Assembly: GCF_964204645.1 (NCBI RefSeq)
Contig: NC_134034.1
Location: forward strand, 11,544,962 to 11,608,961
Source of the DNA: Tubulanus polymorphus
Lineage: Eukaryota; Animalia; Nemertea
Direction: 5' to 3'
Length of the DNA stretch: 64,000 bases
The notes below the pieces were generated by a model. It was not told the DNA's origin. It worked only from the letters and a program-made list of their open reading frames with translations, and did no database searches. Position 1 is the stretch's first letter, and every line of letters starts with the position of its first letter. Positions 44,701 through 54,802 of the stretch are shown here, piece by piece. A program made the position numbers and the translations under genes.

Positions 44701-47700
44701 AGGAAGCCATCTTTCCTGTAGGGTTACTTGGTGTGTCATAGGGGGATCTATTACGGGTGCCATCTTTTTGTAGATATATTTGAATGATGTCATAGGGAGA
44801 TTTACGGAGACGGCCATCTTTTCTAGAAGTGTCTATCGATCAATTTAATGATGTCATAGGAGGAAATAGAGGTAGCCATCTTTTCTGGAATCATCTAAAG
44901 ATCTATTTGATGATGTCAAAGGGTGATTTATAGACAAAGCTATATTTCTGGACGCATCTTTAAATGTATTTGATGATGTCATAGGGGGATTCATTGAAAG
45001 GTTTGCTTACTCTTTGTCGATATACTTGAAACAGATTTCGAGGTCGAAGCAGATTCTCGATTGTTCCTGACAGTACGGACCGGTATAAACCGGTCGTATC
45101 GCCGCCGGTATCGAGCTGAAGTTCGTACGCAGATTGATCGCCGGTCGCGCGCGCAGCAACGCGGCCGAATTCGACTCGTACGCCCCGACTAACAGATCCG
45201 GGTATCCGTTCAGATCGAGATCCATTCCGCCGGATAGCGAGTATCCGAACGTTTTCATCGCGTTCAGCGTCGTCGTCGATCGGATCCAGTTCGGGATTTT
45301 CATGTCTTCGGCCGTGATTCGTTGCGACGGTTTCGTGTCGAGGCCCGTTTTTTTGCCGTTGAAGATGTAAACGGCTCCGTTTCCTTCGTACGGCGCTCCG
45401 ACCGCTAGATCTACAAACCAACAACAATCGAATCAGTTACGTTCAAAACTTCAAATTTGCAATCGCATCGAGCGGCACAGACGCTTAGATTTAAGTTCTA
45501 AACTCATTTTGGTTCTACAGACAATCTAACGGGGTTCTTTCTGATCTGGGAATCAAAAATTAAATCATAAGATATCCTCAGTGAGGGCCTTGCGCCACTC
45601 GTCACCAGCGAGAACAAGACACCAAAAATTAAAATTCCCTGATTAAATTATAAGATATCCTCAGGGAGGGCTGTTTCAGATATATAAAGTATTTTCGATA
45701 TTAAATGTATGACTTAAAAAATGTATATCAGGGTGACAATTACTTGTGCCACTCGTCACCAGCAAGAACAAGACACCAAAAATTCAAATTCCCCGAATAA
45801 ATTATGAGATATCCTCAGTGAAGGCTGTTTCTAATCAAGAGGTGCCTTGTGTCACTCGTCACCAGCCAAAACAACGAGACACCAAAAATTCCCTGACTTT
45901 TCAAGAAGAGTCCCTGATTTCCCCGCGCTTAAAAAGCCCTTACTTTCCCTGAGGGGTCATTCATTTATTACGTATGCATTAGGGGAGGGGGGAGGGGTCA
46001 GTGCAATTGCGTACTGTAATGCTTAATGTATATGAAAAAATGGCCGCTTTGCGTACCGAGGGGGAGGGGGGTTGAAAAATTCAAATTTTATGCGTACGTA
46101 ATAAATGAATAATCCCTGATTTAACAACTAAATACCAGGGCCCAGTTTCACAGAAAGGTTTAACTCTTAAATCGATTTAATTTCTTGCTTTTTTCGTGAA
46201 ACTAGGGTCCAGTCCAACGATCTGAGACCGTGTTTTTAGGACCGGTCTATTTTACCGTTGTATCCGTCTTTGTTCAAGTCTCCGAGATTGGCGAGGCTGA
46301 ATCCGAATCGCGCTTGTTGACAGTTGAGTTTTTTACATTCGGTCGCCTCCATTTCTCGACTGAGAATCGAAACTGGTTTCGTCGACGAACGAATTCCCTA
46401 AAATTCACACACCACACATTACACAATTAATATTTCATATATAGCCAGTGTCGATCCAAGGAAAAACGAAAAAAAGGTATTTTATTGAAGTGATTAAATT
46501 CATCAAAATTGAAAAGCGATTGTGAATTGATCAAAAATTTTGCGGAGAATATAGAAATATTTTGCAAGGGTTGACCCGGGATACTTCCAAGTGTAGACCT
46601 GAAAATTTGAATGGGCACCTAATTTGAAAAGGCATATTTGGCAATCTAGGACAAAAAAATGTTTCCATATTTTTAGAGGGCATGTTCGAATTTTCACCCT
46701 GTCCACGCCCTAAATCCACCCTTCTTTAGGTTGGTAGTTTCAGTGAATATCCTGTGTGCGCCTGAGTGGGGTAGAGGGGGTAGAGAGGGGGGTTGAAGGG
46801 GTAGATAGGAGGTAGAGGGGTAAAGGGGGTAGAGAGGGGCTGGGGGTAGAGGGGATTGAAAGGGTAAAGGGGGTAGAGAGGGGGTGGGGGTAGAGGGGAT
46901 TGAAAGGGTCGAGGGGGTAGAATGGGGTAGAATGGGGTAGAGAGGGAGTAGAGGGGGTAGATGGGGGTTAATGGGGGTATAGGGGGTAGAGAGGGAGTAA
47001 AGGGGGTAGTGGGAGTAGATGGGGTTAAGGGGGGTATAGGGGGTAAGAGAGGGGGTAGAGGGGGGTCGAGTGTGAACACTTACCGATCCATTGTTCATAT
47101 AAACGAGTATTTTGCCGCCGACGAGTGGAGCCATGTAAAACGGGGCCCCGACGACCAGGTCGTCGTGGCCGTCATTGTTGATATCGATAACGACGACTTC
47201 GTAGCCGAACGACGCGCCGAACTGGTCGCCGGTTAACACCTCGACTTTCTGCAGCATTTTCTCCGTGGTATTCTGAGTGAACAGTATCACCTCGCCGAGG
47301 TTCAACGAGGCGTGAGGAGCGCCCGACGCGTACACGTCATCGATACCCGGTAATAAACGCCCCGTACCGACTGAAAATCCTACAATCATTCATTCAAAAA
47401 AAATGTTTTAAATAAAATTCTATTTTCAGTAGATTTTGGAGTAAGCGTATGACGTGCTTATGACTTAAGGGTTAGTTCAGGGACAGAATGAGTTTAGACT
47501 GGTTTTTAGTTGTTAGATGTTTAGTTAATTGTTTAGTTGTTAAGTTGTTATAGAACCAAGATTGTCTTAGACTGGTCTCAAGTGGCTAAGCAACTGGCCC
47601 ATATATAACTGGGCCAGTTGCTTAGTCAGGGCAAAGACTTGAGACCAGTCTAAGACAATCTTGGTTGTATAACCAATCTAACAACTTAAGACCAGTCTAA

Positions 47701-50700
47701 CCTCATTCTAGTTCTATAGCCAATCTAACAACTTAAAACCAGTCTCAGCTTATTTTAGTTCTATAACCAATCCAGCAACTTAAGACCAGTCTTAACTCAT
47801 TCTGGTTCTATAGCCAATCTAATAACTTAAGACCAGTCTAAGCTCATTATGGTTCTATAGCCAATCTAACAACTTAACACCAGTCTGAAGATCAAAGATA
47901 GCTTTTGGACTTAAGTCACAACTGGGCAACTAGCACTCCAGTAGTTGCAGGGGTTAGTTCCATAGTCCAAGCTTAAATTCAAAGGTCTTAGTCTTAGATC
48001 TTAGACTGACTTTACATTGCTAACAGTCCGTCCTAAGCCTAAACCATAACTAGGCCCCGGAGAACCCCCCCTCCCGACAAGTATCCCCGTAATACTTACC
48101 GAGATATGAATTTTTCGCGACTGGAGGCGGATCGACTTTACTCGTGTACCACCAGGTGTCGCCCTCTAACCCTTCGGCGATCGTGTTCTTAGAGATTCCG
48201 CCTGTCGAAACGAAAATAACACACGCACGAAAATTAATCACTCGATACCACAACGATTAACCCTTTCAAATCCGGACGATTCTTAATATTCGAAATTAGT
48301 TCTCCTCGAAACCAAAATCAGCAAACTACACGCATACGCGAATAACGATGACGTCATCGATTTAAGCTTACCCGCCCACACGTTTATTCCCGGCAGTCCG
48401 AGGATGATATTGTTTTGTTCGGACAGCACTCCGCTGACTCCCGCCTGACAGTATCCGTACAGGAAGTAGCCCTTGTAGGTTTTCGGGCGGCCCTCGCACG
48501 GCGGGAACGGCTTATCGACGTCTAACGAGTTATACAGCACGTAACAGATACCGTATCCCCATTGATACTGAGCCTTGACGCCGACTTTCTGATACCTGTG
48601 ACCACACGTCTGTAAATATATATATACAACAATTCATTAGAACTAACATTTCATACGGTCCCTACAGATCGGTCATCCCAGGGCCCAGTTGCACAGTCGT
48701 GATTTAAGTCCAAAAGTGGTCTTAAATCTGAAGACTGGTCTTAAAATGTTAGATTGGCTATAGAACTAAGTTGGTCTTAGACTGGTCTTAAGTCTAAGCC
48801 ATGACTATGCAACTCGCCCCAGGGCCCAGTTGCACAGTCGTGACTTAAGTCCGGAAGTGGTCTTAAATCTTAAGACTGGTCTTAAGTTGTTAGATTGGCT
48901 ATAGAACTAAGTTGGTCGTAGACTGGTCTTAAGTTGTTAGATTGGCTATAGAACTAAGTTGGTTGTAGACTGGTCTCAAGTTGTTAGATTGGCTATAGAA
49001 CTAAGTTGGTCTTAGACTGGTCTTAAGTCTAAGCCACGACTATGCAACCGGCCCCTGCTGGTTATAAGCAGTTTCACGGAGTTTTAAAGGAGAAAATATC
49101 AAATTTCGAGGAAGCGTCTTTCAAGTCTCAATTACAGCAGACTCCTCCTAAATTGGTACAGTTTTTGTCGGCAAACTGGTAATTCAGATTACCGATTTAT
49201 TTGAACATTTTCTTTCATATTTCAATGAAATGTTTCGAAAAGAATTTGGTGTTACTGATAGCACTTTTCAGAGGTTGGCAGCCCTGACATATCGAAAAGC
49301 AAAATTTCTTTTTTTTCACGACCGATATATCTATATTCTAGGCTCATATCGCTGATATTTTGCGCAGTAAATTCTCGACGTATAAAAACTTCCACACGAT
49401 GTTGTACACGTGCGCCGTTGAATTCGACTTTCTAGGAAAAGAACCGTTCGTCAAACTGAGTCAGACATTGGTTCTACGGGCCTGCGTTGTCAGGGTGTTA
49501 GCCGCTTTATGATGTCATCGGGCGATTCGGTAGACTTTCATCGAAACTTACGAGCACTTTTTTGCCGGGTCCCTGACTGCGTAACGTCACGCCCATCCAC
49601 TGGTTATCCTTGCTTTCATCGTCGGCTGGTTCTGAATCGAACAAATCAATCGTAGTTAAAACTTAAACGATCCACAATTATCATACACGTTATATTATAA
49701 CCCCAGGGGCTGCGGTCGCGCAAACGTTGGTTCAAGATAACCGGCGGATAAATACCATAGTAACAATGAACTTATAATTGTCACTGTGTCAAATATCCAC
49801 TTTTGACCAACTGCCGCCCCTAGGCCCACGAAAAAGTTAAACTCAAATTTTTTGTGTAATCGCCATCGATTACTTCATGTTTTCAATGAGGACAACAATT
49901 CCGTTTGAGGCTTAAACTTTTTCGTGAAACCGGGCCCAGAAGCCAGTTTTATAGATTGATATCAACTTTGATTTGCCCGGTAATTTTTAATCAACGCATT
50001 TCATTTCGAAACTAAGTTAACCACCTAGGTTAGAGTTAATACCACCGGTCTATAAAACTGGGCCCTGAATCCAGTTCCGCAGTTGTGAGTTAAGATTAAG
50101 TCAACTCTAACTCACAACTGTGGAACCGGACCTCGGATTCTAAATTTCTTTTCGCATGATTTCATCATTTCAATGTTCACGCAAACTTCGTCATGCATTG
50201 ATTTTCAGTCTCTTGGTTAGCGGACAATTTTTGGTGTTAGTAAAACAAATCGCACGCAGTTTTGTTTTAGTAAAATATCAGTAGCTACTGCATTTTGAAA
50301 TCGGCGACCCTCACCGTTTAAGGGGGGGGGGGGTACGAAGGGGCATTCGTTAATACGCAAGCAAATAGACTTCAGAAAGTGCTGCCATCTTCAGTTAGTA
50401 ATATGAATTAATCTAAAGAACGCGAGCATTTCACCCCCCGGGGGAGTTTCGTCTAAAAATGAATCATCGGATTTTTCCAAGGAAAAAATAGAATTATCAC
50501 AGAATCTCGCGAGATTGATAATAATTTCATCGAGCGAGAATCAATTTCCCGAACGTATCGACGACATTTAAAAAGAGGTTTGGATCGCGACGCTCTGAAA
50601 ATATTACTAAATCGAATATCTTTATATATGAAAACTTCAAGTCACGGTTTGAGATTGCGTCCTTCTACCTATCAGCTTATAGAAGCCCAGAGCTGGCACC

Positions 50701-53491
50701 GGGTTATTAGCCGCGATCGCGCAAACAAAGCTCAGGCCTGGTCCGATGTTTTCGGTTGGGGCAAACCGACACAGGGCCTATTTGGGACCCGTGTGAACAG
50801 TTGTTCTGGGCCAAAACGCGCTATAGACACCCGGAGTGACGATTGGTCCCCCAGGATCATTGAAGGGGCTGAGCAGATATATCGGAGATATATCCTACGG
50901 CGGGATTTGATGAACGATGATGAACTATCGATCTATTTTTATAAATACATGCTGTTCATAAACGAACTGAACCCTTTATCAGCCATGACCATGATACCGC
51001 CGTTCCATCATATCTCAAGGAAATAACATTAAAACCCAGGGGCCGGTTGCATAGTCATGGCTAAGACTTAAGACCAGTCTAAGACCAACTTTGTCAGCTA
51101 ATCTAACAACTTAAGACCAGTCTTGAGATTTAAGACCACTTTTGGACTTAAGTCACGACTATGCAACTGGCCCCAGTTTTTTGCGATTTCAAAGTATTCA
51201 AAAACGAAATTGATTTATAAAGAACTAAAATCAAATGTTAAAAGACAATATTTCGATTAAACGCTCGCTCTCTCAAGAGACCAGTGTCGTCGGAAGAAAT
51301 TAAATATCTTCAAATTTGGTTTCGAAAATACCGCTAAAATATAGGCACTGACTGATAGAGGGTTAATTACTAATGGCGAAGAGATACGATAACTTACTTT
51401 CAACACGACCTGTGACAAATTACAACAATTAATATTAGAATCGTTAGCAACAGAATAGTGAAACACAAAACACAAAGACTGTCGTATTAAACACAAAAAA
51501 CAACAACAACAAATATTTGTGACGGCGGAGGGACCCAGATCCACGCGTGACGGACCCAGATCCACGGCAGACGGACCCAGATCCACGCCAGACGGACCCA
51601 GATCCACGGCAGACGGATCCAGATCCACGCCAGACTGACCCAGACCCATGGCAGACGGACCCAGATGATGATTTTGGGTGAATTACAAACGTCTTGTTCT
51701 TGTGCAAACGTATAACAGTCAGTGAGATGGAATGTCTGTGGTCATTGAGTACAGGGCACGGGGAACCCGTCGGTGTCATTGAGTACAGGGCACGGGGAGC
51801 CCGTCGGTGTCATTGAGTACAGGGCACGGGGAGCCCGTCGGTGTCATTGAGTACGGGGCACGGGGAGCCCGTCGGTGTCATTGAGTACGGGGCACGGGGA
51901 GCCCGTCGGTGTCATTGAGTACAGGGCACGGGGAGCCCGTCGGTGTCATTGAGTACAGGGCACGGGGAGCCCGTCGGTGTCATTGAGTACAGGGCACGGG
52001 GAGCCCGTCGGTGTCATTGAGTACAGGGCACGGGGAGTCCGTCGGTGTCATTGAGTACAGGGCACGGGGAGCCCGTCGGTGTCATTGAGTACAGGGCACG
52101 GGGAGCCCGTCGGTGTCATTGAGTACGGGGCACGGGGAGCCCGTCGGTGTCATTGAGTACGGGGCACAGGGAGCCTGTCGGTGTCATTGAGTACAGGGCA
52201 CAGGAAGCCTTGATTTATCATGAATTACATCAATCCTATGCATATATAACAAGCCCTTGTGGAATTGCAGCAGCAACAACAGCAGCAGCAACAGCAGTGG
52301 GGGGATTGGTGGTGATAATCTTTTTCTTTAAAGTCACGTATCGCTCTCTGTCGATTCCACCACTTGGGAACAATTTATTCGCAATTACATTAACATATCA
52401 ACGACAAACGTTTGTATTAAGAATGAATCAGAATTCAGTGATTTGTGAACGAATAGATCTGATACATCTGAGCATCAATCTAATGGTGATGCTGCTGCTG
52501 CTGCGGCTGCTGATTCATCGTAGAAACTAAATCAAATCAAACTCAAACTCCTCACAAACGACGCTACTGAATGATATACGAGATGACCGTGATGAATTGA
52601 AGTTGATTACACAGGAGAAAGCTAACGCGTTGTAGGAGATCGAGAAAATGAAAGGATGCGGTTTCAATTCATGGTTCCTTCTCAACTTTTTAACTAACGT
52701 GGGTTCTAGACGTCAGGGACCATTTGGGAAAAAGTTGGTTAGAGTTAACCAGTAGATAGTTGACATAGTGACTATTGAAACTTCATCATTACATGGTATC
52801 TGGGGCCAGATGGGCAAAAGTTGGTTTGAGTTAACCTAGTTGATAGTTTGACATAGTGACAATTGAAACTTCATTGTCACATGATATTTACCTGGGGCCA
52901 GTTGCTGAAAAGTTGGTTAAAGTTTTTCTTAACCAACCTTTGAGCAACTGATCCCTGATCAATTAAGCTCTTTAACTGACGTGGGATTTAGGGCCAGTTG
53001 GGCAAAAGTTGGTTAGAGTCAACATCAGGGGATAGTTGACATAGTGACAATAAAAGTTCATTGTTACTATCACGGTATTAGTCAGGGGCTGCAGTTGCTC
53101 AAAAGTTGGTTACCTTTAACCAACCTTTGAGCAACTTCAGCCCCTGATCGCTAAAGGATGTCCAATCAAATGGGGGGGCGGGTTCGAGAGGACGATCTCT
53201 ACAGAAAATGAGGAAGGGGTGATGGGGTTTCTGACCACCTATATACAAGATTTCTTCTAGTGATATGATCAGCAAAATCGGGTTATAGGCGTAAATTGAA
53301 CCGAAATCGTCATTATTTTTAGAATATGGATTTGTATTTCCTCGCCGGGGTTAAACGTACCTAAATCATCGATGCGTAGTAGCTGACAGTCGGTGTGTCG
53401 GGCGTGGCTGATCGGACAGCTGTAAACAACTCCCGGACGAACGACTCGTCGCATGAACGTCGAATTACCACGCGGCGCCCCGATTAATATC
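33047..53491 (-). CDS. Integrin alpha subunit, alphaPS1/mew (ITGA3/6/7 laminin-receptor) class, 5'-partial; exons 53491-53361, 49631-49552, 48609-48372, 48201-48100, 47379-47084, 46397-46256, 45410-45011, 44498-44306, 42155-42003, 41905-41823, 41498-41357, 40568-40417, 39710-39627, 39072-38850, 37974-37912, 36628-36479, 35621-35487, 34968-34864, 34277-34152, 33184-33047
   Basis: Phases all match (3136 nt). FG-GAP repeats and DxDxDG loops (DINNDGHDDLVVGAP, DLNKDGYNDLAVGAP, DLDLNGYPDLLVGAY), QWMGVTLRSQGPGKKVLTCGHRY (ITGA6-like), genu CGDDQICHSDL, WPYEVENKRDQGKHLLYL (PS1-like), furin site RNKR, TM helix, GFFKR. No I-domain. Signal-peptide exon not found in the window. Confidence 0.96.
37189..37462. 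mobile_element. Dispersed repeat with CAGTGTTC-like termini
   Basis: Second copy at about 55323-55622 sharing TATCAGCATTGATAGAATATTGGCATCCACTCTG. Confidence 0.6.
37639..37665 (-). CDS. Candidate 27-nt integrin microexon (INERHRLTL)
   Basis: ctactacag|ATA...CTT|gtaagt, phase 0-0, no stop, lies in the variable calf-2 loop before the furin site. Confidence 0.5.
38295..38832. repeat. (AAT)n microsatellite, about 540 bp with single-A interruptions
   Basis: Direct reading; begins about 20 nt from the integrin donor at 38849. Confidence 0.95.
39868..40378. repeat. 40-bp minisatellite (about 11 copies) with a shared flank; inverted 3-copy version at 26380-26572
   Basis: ACTCTCTACCGGCCGCTTCTATCAGGTTTACAGATTACAA units followed by TTCCGGAATAGGTAGAGCGTATTCTGG flank. 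Confidence 0.9.
40880..41148. mobile_element. MITE family D (TCCAGTTCCACAGTT termini) with a nested family E MITE at about 40967-41096
   Basis: Inner element CTG|GGCCGAGTTTCACGAAAAAGTT...AACTTTTTCGTGAAACTGGGCC|CTG interrupts a family D copy; other D copies near 1800, 20755, 35894, 43785, 50066. Confidence 0.75.
44515..44992. repeat. ~55-60-bp tandem/dispersed repeat (TGATGATGTCATAGGGG...GCCATCTT)
   Basis: About 8 copies filling one integrin intron; related clusters at 5560-5810, 23150-23400, 36690-36835. Confidence 0.8.
45953..46116. mobile_element. PIF/Harbinger-type MITE with TGA 3-bp TSD
   Basis: TGA|GGGGTCATTCATTTATTACGTA...TACGTAATAAATGAATAATCCC|TGA. Confidence 0.75.
46765..47066. repeat. 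G-rich (GGGGTAGA-like) tract with G-quadruplex potential on the + strand
   Basis: More than 20 runs of 3 or more G separated by short loops. Confidence 0.8.
51037..51175. mobile_element. Harbinger-type MITE family A (~135 bp), representative copy
   Basis: TIR GGGCCGGTTGCATAGTC / GACTATGCAACTGGCCC with CAG on both sides; other copies near 4586, 9970, 10768, 14516, 14643, 30655, 39126, 41571, 47480, 48680, 48820, 55910, 56810, 57400. Confidence 0.85.
51398..51409 (-). CDS. Candidate 12-nt integrin microexon (DDL-G-RVE-K-PADD instead of DDL-E-PADD)
   Basis: ttgtcacag|GTCGTGTTGAAA|gtaagt, frame-preserving phase 1-1, long upstream GT/pyrimidine tract with TGCTAAC branch-like motif. Confidence 0.6.
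51530..51666. repeat. 21-bp minisatellite
   Basis: GACGGACCCAGATCCACGGCA units. Confidence 0.85.
51741..52205. repeat. 34-bp minisatellite, about 13-14 copies
   Basis: GTCATTGAGTACAGGGCACGGGGAGCCCGTCGGT. Confidence 0.95.
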
Positions 53492-54117
53492 CTAGGAGAG
53501 AAAACAACAACATAGCTTCATTAGTATCCTAGGAAAAAAAAACAACATAGCTTCATTTATATCCTAGGAAAAAACAACGACATAGCTTCATTAGTAACCT
53601 AGGAAAAAAAACAACATAGCTTCATTTATATCCTAGGAAAAAACAACATAAACAAGTTTAAAAAGAGAATTTATTTCAGGAAAACAGGCAATTTAATCAG
53701 TTATTAAAAAGTGTAAACAATGACTGCCCGCATTAAAACAAAACAGGAAAAACCGCGTCAAACATAATATCCTGAATCACGCAGTCCTCAATAAACAGGA
53801 TTTCCTGTCGAGGATCGTACGCAGTTAACACGCGCAGTTCTGTCGGTATTTACAACTCCGACCGCAGCAAGAATTCATTTTAATATTTCATACTGTAATT
53901 ATGGATATAACTCCTATACACCCGTGCACCTCTCCCCTCAAAACATCGTAACAAAATACTCAATTCAATTTATATTTGACAGCACCACTCCTGGTGTCGT
54001 GAAACCATGCGGTGTTGTTACAGAATTCAACTGTCGTTAGCCGATACCCGATAATCCGGATAATTCCAGATCACATAGCGTTCTACGGCTGCTCCGCCGG
54101 TGACCTTGAGAATCTAA

Positions 54118-54802
54118 TAGAACTGGGTTCAGAGTCAACTGTGGAACTGGGTTCAAAGTCAACTGTGGAAGTGGGTTCAGAGTCAACTGTGGAACTGGGT
54201 TCGGAGTCAACTGTAGGACTGGGTTCAGAGTCAACTGTAGGACTGGGTTCAGAGTCAACCGTAGAACTGAGTTCAGAGTCAACTGTAGAACTGGGTTCAG
54301 AGTCAACTGTAGGACTGGGTTCAGAGTCAACTGTGGAACTGGGTTCAGAGTCAACTGTAGGACTGGGTTCAGAGTCAACTGTAGGACTGGGTTCAGAGTC
54401 AACTGTGGAACTGGGTTCAGAGTCAACTGTAGGACTGAGTTCAGAGTCAACCGTAGAACTGAGTTCAGAGTCAACTGTAGAACTGGGTTCAGAGTCAACT
54501 GTGGAACTGGGTTCAGAGTCAACTGTAGGACTGAGTTCAGAGTCAACTGTGGAACTGGGTTCCGAGTCAACTGTGGAACTGGGTTCAGAGTCAACTGTAG
54601 GACTGGGTTCAGAGTCAACTGTAGGACTGGGTTCAGAGTCAACCGTAGAACTGAGTTCAGAGTCAACTGTAGAACTGGGTTCAGAGTCAACTGTGGAACT
54701 GGGTTCAGAGTCAACTGTAGGACTGAGTTCAGAGTCAACTGTAGGACTGGGTTCAGAGTCAACCGTAGAACTGGGTTCAGAGTCAACCGTAGAACTGGGT
54801 TC
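54118..54802. repeat. 24-bp minisatellite derived from a family D MITE terminus
   Basis: GAACTGGGTTCAGAGTCAACTGTG x ~28; explains the spurious ELGSESTV ORFs. Confidence 0.95.

Noticed and set aside
47380-48371. Mutually exclusive X1/X2-type integrin exons
   Set aside because: Only one 102-nt exon (48201-48100) is visible; the rest is MITE-derived
50580-51026. 148-aa ORF antisense within an integrin intron
   Set aside because: Non-ATG start, no recognisable domain, overlaps repeat-like sequence
51741-52205. 34-bp repeat of CRISPR repeat length
   Set aside because: No spacers; simple minisatellite
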